Source of the DNA: Callorhinchus milii
Taxonomy: Eukaryota
Direction of reading: 5' to 3'
NCBI RefSeq assembly: GCF_018977255.1
Contig: NW_024705522.1
Span: 1 to 37,296, forward strand
DNA length: 37,296 nucleotides
The notes under the pieces were generated by a model that was given only the letters and a program-made list of their open reading frames with translations, made no database searches and was not told the DNA's origin. Both the position numbers and the translations under genes were made by a program. This document shows, in pieces, positions 10,360 through 20,999 of the stretch (positions are counted from its first letter, which is position 1; each line of letters opens with the position of its first letter).

Positions 10360-10625
10360 TTTATAATCTGACGGTGCCAGATCAATTCTGGGAATGAAGA
10401 CAATATCTCCATGATTGGATTCTGAAATTATGTCATCCATAACAAAATGACGGTGCATTTCACGAATCACCAGACAGTGTGCCATTGCATAATCCTTTTT
10501 TGGGGGTTGAGATTTCGAATTTGACATTACAATGGTTACTTTTTTCAAAACCAATTAATGAGGCTGCATTCCAGATGGTGTTAGCGACGTGTGCAGAAAT
10601 TCTAATGGATAATTTGTGGCGTCAC
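10360..10625 (-). mobile_element. Helitron RepHel (PIF1-type helicase) fragment, disrupted
   Basis: Across frameshifts: YPLEFLH..LTPSGMQPH*LVLKK..IVM...PKKGLCNGT..LVIREM...GDIVFIPRIDLAPSD, the characteristic Helitron helicase C-terminal motifs. Confidence 0.8.
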
Positions 10626-11117
10626 TTGGATCCACATAGCCTACCCAGCGTTACGTAAAGTGTACAGTGCCAGGCGTTAGGCACTTATAACCAGAACTAT
10701 ATGTATAATGATCATGTAGATTTATCTTAAGACTTTCCCTGTCCTGCAGTTTTTCTCCTGCCTGCTTTTTGCCAATAACTGACTTCTTAAACCAATCTAA
10801 TGTCTTTCTTATTCCTGTCAATTTAGACTGCATCGTCTCCTGCTTTTCTTTGTTATACGTCCGAATCATTGAGTTTTTCTAGCTTACCTGTCAGACCGAG
10901 AAACTGTAGCTGTCATCTCAACCCCAGTAAATATTAAATCTGTTACATCCTTGACCTTGGAATATTCATTACATTCCTTAGTTGGATCCAGGATACTTCT
11001 CTTGTTTACCCCTGTTCCATCTTTGCTACGCGGTTGCAGTCCTGCGGTGTGACCAGATGTTTTTAAACCCCTGTCTTCTTCCCCATTGTGTGATGTGTGT
11101 GTGGTTTTGTCGTCCAG

Positions 11118-11223
11118 ATAACAAAAGTGGCAATCACGTGTCTGTGCACCTCTTTGTGGAACCGGCCCAGTTGTTGAGCAAGATGCTGGTGGATGAGGGC
11201 TTTGCGCAACGTGTTGGACTCCG
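11118..11223 (+). CDS. RNF17: Internal exon of RNF17-like gene
   Basis: gtccag acceptor, phase 1, matching the previous exon. Encodes DNKSGNHVSVHLFVEPAQLLSKMLVDEGFAQRVGLR, with the extended-Tudor end motif V.LF...LV.EG.A. Donor gtatgg, phase 2. Confidence 0.72.
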
Positions 11224-12226
11224 GTATGGACTTGGTGCAAGTACAATCACCCAACGCGGACGCGAAGCCTCGCAGCAGCACCTCAGCCCCCACCAGCCGA
11301 CAGTGCTGGCTTTTCTGTTCATCGCCTCTTGGCAAGATTAGTGTTACACGATCTATCATCAAATGATGGCTCTGATGAAAATGGTAGAAACATCACATTT
11401 GGGGAAACCTCCTAAGCCGCACTCGAGTGAGCAAGCTGGGAGGTTGCTCTAAATGTATTAATAAATACGTATCTCGAGCACAAATCTCGGACAAGAACAT
11501 TTTTTGCACACTAATCTTATCATAAAGGAATCTATATAGTGCCTTAACCAAGGCACTTTACAAAGAAATAACGGTACAACAACATATGAATGTATTTGTG
11601 GAGATGAAGTTAATTAAATTGATGAGAGGAAGCAATGGCGAGCTAATCTGTGATGATGCGGGGATTTGGTGAAAGCAAAATTAATGAAAGTTTCAAGTTC
11701 ATTTATTAGGTACAGCCCTGTGAGCCATTCGGCTCTTGAATCGGGTGCAACCGCAACAAACAAACAAAACATGAACAAGAAAACATCTTAAAGTGACTAT
11801 GTGCAAACAGAAAATCCAAGAAAAGACAGCAAAATATTGCAGAAAAAGCACTGTACACCAACACTGTGCAAAAATCCCAGTGGGATGCAAGTCAAACAAC
11901 AACAACCACAAGACAACTTAGATTTAGGCATCAGTCTAACTCTGTACTACAACAAACAAACATGGCCAAACCAAAAAACTTTTCGTAAATTACCAAAATA
12001 AAGCCATAAAAGCAATGAAATAGTGGTCATAGGAACTGTGACCGAATTTTCACAATAAACGACGTAAACAACATGTACTACCAAACTCTGCAGCCATAGC
12101 TGGCTGCATGAGTCACTCCACAACAGTAGGAGCATCAGTCGGAGTATCAACATTTTTCAATGCATTCTTTGGTTCTTTCGGTAAAGTCACGTATAAAGAT
12201 AAATAATAAATTAAATAATAGCATAC

Positions 12227-12267
12227 TACGACGTTTCGATTGCAACACAAGCAATCATCATCAGGTA
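12227..12267 (-). ncRNA. Minimal type I hammerhead ribozyme motif
   Basis: Minus strand reads tac-CTGATGA-t-gattgc-ttgtgtt-gcaatc-GAAAC-GTC-gta; perfect 6-bp stem II. Confidence 0.85.
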
Positions 12268-13159
12268 TAAAAGAAATAGCAACAAAAATCTAACCAGAAA
12301 ACTATAGACAGACATATAAGCAGACAGATATCACAAAGATACACAGAGAGAGAACACGTATCGGCACAAAGAGAGAGGATCGTCTCTGTGACGAGGCCTT
12401 AAATATAGAGAGGGGGCGGGGCGGAGAGAGGGAGGGGGCAGAGAAAAAATTAGCATGTCAATGAGTGGACGACGACGTGGTACGGTACGCAAGCTTGAAA
12501 TTAGGAGAAAGTCACACTAAAATTAAATAACCTAGCAAAATATCGAAATGTAATGTAATGCAACACAGAGAGTCGGTCAACACACAATTAACGCATAGCC
12601 TGGTTGATTACGTATTTCAAAGATTGCTAAGTTAGAATTTAAGTGTGAAAATTCCAAAGAGAGGACACAGGCAGAGAGAGAAAACAAAAAACCAGAGAGA
12701 GAGGAAAAAGATAAGCTTAAAACTTCCCCGTAGAAGTGGTTCAATCTTAATTTTGGAGCTTTCGTGACTGCAGGAATTATTCTTTGGTTCTTTCGGTAAA
12801 GTCACGTATAAAGATAAAATAATAAATTAAATAATAGCATACTACGACGTTTTGATTGCAACACAAGCATTCATCATTTCGATATTTTGCTAGGTTATTT
12901 AATTTTAGTGTGTCTTTCTCCTAATTTTCAAGCTTGCGTGTACCGTACCACGGCGTCGTCCACTCATTGACATGCTAATTTTTTCTCTGCCCCTCCCTCT
13001 CTCCGCCCCCGCCCCCTCTTATATTTAAGGCCTCGTCACAGAGACGATCCTCTCTCTTTGTGCCGATACGTGTTCTCTCTCTGTGTATCTTTGTGATATC
13101 TGTCTGCTTATATGTCTGTCTATAGTTTTCTGGTTAGATTTTTGTTGCTATTTCTTTTA

Positions 13160-13200
13160 TACCTGATGATGATTGCTTGTGTTGCAATCGAAACGTCGTA
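13160..13200 (+). ncRNA. Minimal type I hammerhead ribozyme motif
   Basis: tac-CTGATGA-t-gattgc-ttgtgtt-gcaatc-GAAAC-GTC-gta. Stem I tac/gta covaries with cac/gtg in other copies. Confidence 0.85.
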
Positions 13201-16200
13201 GTATGATATTGTTTAATTATTATTTTATCTTTATACGTGACTTTACTGAAAGAACCAAAGAATAATTCCTGCAGTCACGTAAGCTCCAAGATTAAGATTT
13301 TTCAATGCACTTTTAAGATCCGCACACTAAATCAAAACACAGATCATACTTTGCAGCGATCATCCTGAGCGAAACATTGTATTTTAGGCCACTAAATGCA
13401 GTGACAGCTAGGTGTGTACAACTCCTCTAGAGCAGTTTTGAGTGAAGATCTCATAGGTAGTGATTCAAGTTGCAGTTTATTGGCAATAGCATTCCAGACC
13501 CTGGGGCATCAATAGCAAAGGCCCTTCCTCCAGTATTTGTACGGCAATAGGGAATGTGAAGCTGGTAAATGAGCGAAGACCTTAGGTCAAATTTGTTCTT
13601 TGAAACAGAGAGGAGATCCAGCAGGTAATCTGCGATTTTTTTGTAAGTACATCATGAATAAATAAGATCTGATGCACAAGCCGTCGAACATTGAGAGATG
13701 TTAAGTTTGACCCAATGTAGAGATCACAGTGGTGAGTCCTATATGGGCAGTTCAATGCAAATCTTAAGGCTGAGTGATACATTGAGTCAAGCTTCTTCAG
13801 TACAGTACTTGGGCTGATTTATACACGATGTCACAGTAATCAAGTAGAGGCAGTATGGTAGCTTTTATCAATTCCAAACGGAACATAGGGGGGAAGCAGT
13901 GCTTGTGTCGATACAGAAAACCAATTTTTATTTTGTCTTTTTACCAATATAATCAATGTGATCTTCAAAATTCAGTTTTGAATCAAGAATGACCCCAAGA
14001 TACTTATAGATCTTGACTTGCTCTATTTGATAATTATTTAAGGAATGTAATTGGGGAAAAATAACTTCCTGCTTTAGTCCTGGTGAGAAGCATAGCACCT
14101 TGGTTTTGGAGGTATTCAGGACTAGTTTAAGAGCAACTAGCTGATGTTGTAGTTTGTTGAAATCACCCTGGAGCTTAGCAATCACGTCATCCGGAGAGCG
14201 GCCAGCAGTAATCAGTATCGTGTCATCTGCAAAAAGATTTACCCTGGAATGATCCAGGTCAGTGCCCAATTCATTGACATAAAGAGAGAACAAGAGGGGG
14301 CCGAGGATTGAACCCTGTGGAACCCCTTTTGTTATCTTAACACTGTTTGACCTCCAACCATCTGTGAATACAGTTTGGGTGCGAAAAGAGAGGTAATTTT
14401 TTAACCATTCTACTGCGTGTTTGGAGAAACGGAGGCAACTTAGTTTACTAAGCAGGGTGTTGTGGTCGACTGTATCAAAGGCTTTGGACAAGTCAAGAAA
14501 AAGACTGGCGCAGTACTGCTTATTATCAAGGCTACTGTAAATGTGATTCAGAGAGTCTAATGCAGCAGATGTGGTGCTGTATTTTTTTCGGAACCCAGAT
14601 TGTTTTCGATGTAATAGATTGTTGTCGGACAGGAAACTGCTAATTTGGTAGTTCATAATTTTTCAAAAATTTTCATCAACGGGGACAAAATTGAGATAGG
14701 TCGGTAGTTATTTGGATCATCTTTAGGGCCCCCTTTGTGAAGTGGACGAACATAGGAATGTTTCCATTCTAGAGGTACTGATGCTTCTTTGATGGACAGG
14801 TTGAAAATATGGGCTATAGGTTTGTATATTAGGTGACCAACAGTTAGCAGAGCAAAGACGGGAATACTATCTGCTCCGGTAGAGGAGGACCCTTTGAGGT
14901 AGGACAGTTGTTTCAGAACATTACTTTCGTGGATTGGCTGGAAACTAAATTCGTTTAATGTTTGGACAGGGGTGTAGGAATTGCATGAGCAGGGGTGACT
15001 CCCAATACATTATCAAAAAGGTCACCAGCTTCAGAAAAATGAAGGTTAAAATTGTCGACTATTTTTTGGGGCTCTGAAAAATATTCCCCATTTCGGTTAA
15101 GCTCAACGGGCAGATTATCTGTGTTGGATGCCTTTTCGATACATTTGATTGTTTTCCAGAAGATCCTGGCATTTCCATGTGATTCCAGGAGAGTGGAGGA
15201 AAAGTAAGCATTTTTTGCATGCCGTATTTTTTTACGCATCTATTCCTTAAAATCCTGTATTCTAGCCAGTCATTGACCAAATTACTTTTCTGAGCACATG
15301 CCCAAGCCTTGTCCCTAGTTTTCATGAGCTTAGTAATCAAGGATCAAACCATGGTGGGCGGTTGCCTTTAGTTTTAAATCTAACCAACGGAGCATGTTTG
15401 TTAAGAATTTGGAGAAACGTGTACCTGAAGGTCTCCCAAGCCGTAGTCAGGTTGGGGATATCACAGACCTTGTCAATATCCGAGTGAAGCACATCATTAG
15501 TAAATGCCTGAATGCTGAAGTGTCTCATGGAGTGCTTCTCAACCAATTTAGGGGGGCTTTGGGTCTGGCTGATGATCTCACCCCAAATATGAAGGAGTGA
15601 TCACTAAGGTTATTACCCAGAACACCAGTCAGTGCGAAATTGTGAGGGGCATTTGTCAATAGGACGTCAAGCAGAGATGACTGTCCCGGATTTTTTAGGT
15701 TGGGTCTTGTGGGGACATTTATTAATTGAAATAGGTTAAATTCATCTGCAAAATTTGTGGCCACGGCCGGCGGGTTTAGCCAATTCCAATTAGATCACCC
15801 ACTAAAACTATTTCACCTTTAGGGAGGCCCCCAAGAAGCTCTCTCAGTGCAGACGCAGCTTCAACATCCTTACCACTAGGCGGTCTATAGCAGCACACTA
15901 CCAATATCTGTTGATTATTTGGGAGAGTTATTCTGAGAGCCAGACCTTCAAAGCAACATTTTTTAACAAGGAGTGAGCTGGTGAACATGCAATAGTATTA
16001 CGAACATAGATGGCAATTCCACCTCCTTTAGACCCTCGGTCAAGCCGAAAAAGGTTGTAGTTGTCAATCGTAATCTGCAAGTCATTGACGGCAGGAGTGA
16101 GAAATGTTTCTGTTAGGCAAAAAATGTCCGGGTCCAGATTTGCCACTTCTAGTTTTAGTTGACTTAATTTAATCACAAGCCCTCTGATGTTGACATGTAG

Positions 16201-16681
16201 AACACCAACACCTTTTCTGCCAGAAAAATCTACAGAATTATACGAGTTCTTTACATTTGGTCCAGGATGAAGCTCAATACCTCCCAGAAATAAGAAAAGT
16301 AGAATTAATAGTTTGCACAGGTATTTTCTGTGAAAGGATGAAGAGCGACGAACCTTGGACGAATAGCAGCAGCTCGCAGATGGTGATATTTTTAAGAGCA
16401 GAATGAAGTTTGGAAGGAGTGCTGGTGAAGTAATGGGACAGAGATAGGGTTTAAAAGGATACAATGATGGAGTGTAGAAGTGTCTATAAGCTGTTTCATT
16501 AGCAGGTGTAGTGGCAAATTGAGCAACAAGTATGGACGAGAAGTAACGAGGGTTGCCGTGTAGAGTTGAGTGTGGCACTAGATATGGCCGGGAGAGACAG
16601 CAGTAGGATACACAGCAGGAGCATTGCCATCTTTAAAATATCAAGGGTACACACAGTTTAACACACAAGCGAAAGAAAATA

Positions 16682-16752
16682 CTTGTAGGCCGAGCGCGAG
16701 AAACGTCTTGCCGCACTCGTCACACATGCACGGCTTCTCGCCCGTGTGCACT
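16682..16752 (-). pseudogene. C2H2 zinc-finger gene fragment
   Basis: A GTG CAC ACG GGC GAG AAG CCG TGC ATG TGT GAC GAG TGC GGC AAG ACG TTT = VHTGEKPCMCDECGKTF. Confidence 0.8.
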
Positions 16753-16979
16753 ATTGATCATAGCATTGGAGGTGAAGTGGAAGAGGGTGGCGCGCTCATT
16801 GACGGCCTTTAGCTTGTCGCTGCACCCGGGCGGCAGCGTAAGGGTTTCCAGGTCCTTAAGCGAGCGCTGGAGGGCGGCTCCGTGCTTGCCGATCAAGTCG
16901 TTGCATGTGCTCATATCCTCGAGCTTGGAGGACAGCAAGCGGAGCGTGGTCTGCAGTTCCGTCTTGTCGGCCTGTGCGC
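16753..16979 (-). pseudogene. OSBP: Oxysterol-binding protein (OSBP/OSBP2) exon-sized fragment
   Basis: AQADKTELQTTLRLLSSKLEDMSTCNDLIGKHGAALQRSLKDLETLTLP...KLKAVNERATLFHFTSNAMIN, close to recalled OSBP DKTELQNTLRTLSSKVEDLSTCNDLIAKHGTALQRSL...VNERATLFRITSNAMIN. Confidence 0.88.
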
Positions 16980-17025
16980 CTCATTTGTAGAGCCAGCCCT
17001 CCTTCGCCACCGTCACCTCTGCTAT
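16980..17025 (-). pseudogene. AKT: AKT/PKB first coding exon copy, inactivated
   Basis: gcc-ATA GCA GAG GTG ACG GTG GCG AAG GAG GGC TGG CTC TAC AAA TGA G = (M>I)AEVTVAKEGWLYK(R>*)G, compared with AKT MSDVTIVKEGW..KRG; 46 nt long. Confidence 0.7.
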
Positions 17026-17721
17026 GGCGTCGTAGTCCCTCTGCCGTGGCTCTCCGCCACAGACTCTCCGTGCACCTCACACGAGCATGAGCAACGCGTC
17101 AGTCCTCACCACCACGACCACGGCGGTCTGCAGGGCCTGGGTGCTGCTCCCTGTGACTTCGGGAGACAAAGGCGGCCGGGCCTGGTGCTACCCACACACC
17201 TCCTCCTGTGCCATGCCGGCCCCCATTTATGTGGCTCGGGAACAGCACTTGCCCCAAAAGCACGTGAAGGCTAAATGGGGGTCTTCGTCTGAGTGTGTTT
17301 GTGTGTCAGTCGACCCGTGGCACCTGGGTCGTGCACATAGTCTGGCAGAGCAATTCAACCCTGCTCACACCCATGGGTTTCTGCCAGGTATCATACGAAT
17401 TGACCAAATGGCCCAAACAGAACCTTCTCGTAAGATAATCTTGATAAAGTACCGCAATAATATCACAAGATGAATTTACAAATCTCCGGTGCCTTCCGTT
17501 CTAATACAAAGCATTCGTTATTGCCGAGTGTGTTTTCCTGCAGTCCAGTAGATCAGTACAGGGGATGCTAAATTAAAAAAAATTGCCTTCAATTTATCCA
17601 AAATAGCAGTATAGTTGCCTGCACTGGCAGCGGGGAAATAAAGTGTCGCTACTGCTGCTCGCAGTGGGAGATTGTTGTTCGACGATGGTGTGCGGACGCG
17701 GTTGGCTGCACAACCTCCAAC

Positions 17722-17948
17722 TAGGTTACCACTTCTGAGGGAGAGAGAAAACGGACAAGAAAACATCTCGCGGTAATAGGAAAAGGAGAGAAGAACTACG
17801 TGCAAATGCATTGTCTTGAGTGATTTATATTGGCCAAATTACAAAAAAAGGAAACGTTAATGTCCTGGGAAGACGTACTGATTTCATTAAGACAGCTACC
17901 AACACATTTGAAAGATCCTGAAAAAAACTAGGAAAGGTGGCAATCCTA
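17722..17948. mobile_element. Probable degenerate hAT-type MITE
   Basis: Imperfect TIRs taggttaccac / ggtggcaatccta. Confidence 0.4.
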
Positions 17949-19287
17949 GTTCTAACCTGCGCGACGTTAGCATTCGCCTTGTCCACTTGAGAAAAAGAAG
18001 ATCATCAACAACAGCCACCATCTATCCACTGCTGGATGAAGGCCATCACAAATTTGTTGCCATCTCCCCCTCATGATCTCATACTGCAACACATCATCAT
18101 CTGGCTCCTGCACACGACACAATCTCATCGCTTCATCTCCACAATACACATTCTCCTGTGCATGTTCCCTCGTTTGGATGCCACTCTGTTGTTAGTCGCG
18201 ACAAGTGGCCATGAAAACATTCTCGCGATGTCTCCTGCCTGGGCACATTGCGGTTCTTAGCAGTCAACACGTGCTACTACCACAATAAACCCAGCGACCT
18301 GAATTTGATTCGCAGCCACGGCTATATCACCGTCGAGTGATATCTGAACCTATGCAGGCCACCCTCCCTCTTTCACCAACGGGCACTGATCACGGTGGTG
18401 ACAGATTGTCAAACAATCGCCGTCAACGACATTGTCGCGGTGTGGCCCTCATCCAGCAGTGCAATGATGAAAGGCTGTACATTATCATTAAATAATTAAT
18501 TGTTTACTCCGCAACACACAAAATAACTCTTGTATTAAACATCTAGAAAATCCTGCCCTTGTTATTTGAGCAGAGCAAGAGTGGGGTGGGGGGGGTTCGA
18601 CTTGCATGGAACGAGCTTGCTGTAGACAGGGCAGTGTCTTCAATAATTCACACACGAGGGCTGAGTCACACTTTGGTTTCATGGTCTTTATTGGCAATGT
18701 TTTGTAGGAGTCGAGTTCAAAGGTTTGGCTCGAGTCTTGATTTGGTGATGTCTTAATAATTTGTAATAGCACGACCATGTGTCAAATATGCTTTTGAAGT
18801 TTAAATGAAAAAGATCACTTCCTACACACGAATCCAGCCTACTGTGCAATATTAATAAAAGTGGGATAGGGCAGGGCACGTCAAGACAAGGGATTATGGC
18901 CAGACACAAACAAATCTGCTATTAATGATTTAATAATTATAATAATTCATAGTCCTTTGCCAATCCACTGCTGGATGAAGGCCGCACCGACGTGGGGGAG
19001 GTGGCCACACTTTGCGATGCTGGTCAGTGTTGGTAGATGTAGGGCCATTTCAGGTATCACTCGCCACTGACATTATTTGTGGCCAGAAATAGAACTCAGG
19101 TCATGGGGTTCACAGTGCAGTGCACTAACCACTGCGCCGTAGCTCAACCTCCTTATTGTTCAGTATATGCTATTATTTGATATGTTTTTGATCTATGAAG
19201 GAACAGTATCAAATGCTGCCCTATCTTCATCTTCTTTCAATATTGAAGCATAACAAGAATAATACTTTACATCAGGTAGTGCTTGTA

Positions 19288-19334
19288 TTTTTTTCTATCT
19301 ACGTGACTTTACCGAAAGAACCAAGAATATGAAT
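19288..19334 (+). mobile_element. Short fragment of the Penelope-related terminus
   Basis: ctacgtgactttaccgaaagaaccaagaatatgaat. Confidence 0.7.
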
Positions 19335-19344
19335 AGGTAGTACG

Positions 19345-19667
19345 CAGTGCCGGATGAAGCTAGTGCAGGGCCTGTAGCATATGTTATAAAGGGGCCCTAA
19401 ATAGAAATATTAAAACACATACATTTTTACTTGCATAGTAAAGAAATTGTATTTTTTCATTTGCTACACAGATAATACGACAAATCGCTAACCTTAAACA
19501 CCCGGTCGTTCATAAAAGTTGAAGGCGGTATAGTAATATAATAATAGAGCAAGTGCAGAATCACTGAACCGGAATTGATAGCTTGAAAGCATTTAGCATG
19601 GGGCCCTTGAAAGTGCGGAGCCCGTAGCATATGTAGCTACTTTTGCTACGAGGTCAATCTGGCACTG
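19345..19667. mobile_element. hAT (Tip100-like) MITE
   Basis: TIRs cagtgccggat / atctggcactg; perfect 8-bp TSD gtagtacg at 19337-19344 and 19668-19675. Confidence 0.85.
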
Positions 19668-20999
19668 GTAGTACGGCATCAGAGAGTTTGAGTGGTTGAC
19701 CCATGGCAGCATTGTTAGATATATGAATACCGTACCAGCAATCACTGTGAAAAATAAGAATATTGGTTGCACGCAAGTCGTGACCAGTGAACCACATCCA
19801 GATATTGTGGCTTCAATGCTGTACTCGATATATCAGCGAGCGTCACAAAGGGCAGAGAAACATCTCGTGTCTGACTCTCGGGATGAATTGTAATGAGATG
19901 ATCAACTCAAGTGCCGTCACAACTCCAGTGCTCCGTGGACTGGGGGTTGTGGGGGAGGGAATATATATTGTCATCTTCAAAATTGGTGAAGTGGAGATGG
20001 GAGACAGGATTGAATCTCTGTATAAATTGCACGTGGGTTTTTTTTTTACTCTGTTAATTTTCGGCAGCAGTCAAAAATATCCTCCTGCTTTAGAAACAAG
20101 AAGTAGTGCAATGTAATGGGCAGTTGTATTATGTGGTTTGTGAAAAAAAATTTGTATCATTCAGCAACGAATAAAAAAATATATTAACATATTATTAGGC
20201 AGTATCAATTGTAAAGTAATTTTCCTCCAAACTTAGCAACCTGCATCCCAATTCGTGGCCACGGCCGACAATGGCGGGGAGTGAACCAGTCCTGGCCCTC
20301 CCCTTCATCAACCAGCACTTACCAGCGTGGTGAAGTATGGCCAAACAACCCCAGTGACAGTAATGGCGTTGGAAGCCATTTATCCCAGCAATGGATTGGC
20401 CAAGCTACTGTTGAAATTGCCGCTCACATCGTGACAAGCGTCAATCTCGAGGGTGGTAATCCTGTGAATATCACGGGAAGACATCACAACACTATTTCCA
20501 GTATAGCATTTCTCACATTCCACATTGTGGCGTCTTTTACAGTTCATCTGACAAGTATAAATGAGTAGCAGAGCTCGTGTAAATGGGCACAAATCCATAG
20601 CAGCTCCTACAGCTCCGTTGCCCAAACATTTGTTTTCCATCCAGGTCTATTTCCCTGCTTTGTTTTGTCAAATTTAGCTCGGCGATGACTCATTTGGCCA
20701 GTCATCAGCTACACTCGCATGTAAATCACCCTCCCCAATTCCCACATTGGATGAAACATCGTCATCCAAACGCACAGATGCAAGGCTATTATTGTGCAAA
20801 TCGCTGCCGCTTTTGTACAAACAAATCTGTTTACGCCTGGGATCGGCGGAAAACCAATGCGGAGAGTAACATTATTAGGTTTCCAAAAACCCGTTTAACA
20901 ATCAGGAATAATGGGTAAAGAGGTGAATATCGGGGGCAGTGACTCATCGCTTACATATCCCGCTGATATATCTCTACCACGACATCCTAACCGTGCGGG

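Larger units (their letters stand above)
12165..13296 (+). mobile_element. Non-coding Penelope-related hammerhead element, head-to-head and more than one unit long, inserted in the LINE 3' UTR
   Basis: 13-bp TSD atttttcaatgca at 12152-12164 and 13297-13309. 12875-13263 is the reverse complement of 12165-12550. A 615-bp direct repeat is offset at 12166 vs 12781. Confidence 0.9.
11690..16680 (-). mobile_element. Decayed CR1/L2-group (Daphne/Crack-like) LINE: APE + RT, long 3' UTR
   Basis: APE (LHVNIRGL, DIFCLTETFL, RLDR..KGGGIAIY, CYRPP, LVGDL, LSDH) and RT (QSGFR, FLDLSKAFDTVDH, GVPQGSILGPLLF, FADD, YKYLG). The ORF ends ...SCHCI* near 13392. Tail aataaatgaacttgaaac at ~11690-11707. Several frameshifts. 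Confidence 0.9.

Noticed and set aside
10651..10990. Lys-rich 72-aa ORF on the - strand
   Set aside because: No recognisable motif or splice context; unassigned.
16720..16990. Functional nested OSBP gene on the - strand
   Set aside because: No flanking splice sites, fused directly to unrelated gene pieces, and an upstream in-frame stop.
11670..17520. TSD bracketing the LINE plus the gene chimera
   Set aside because: I could not find a matching duplication by eye, so co-insertion remains an inference.
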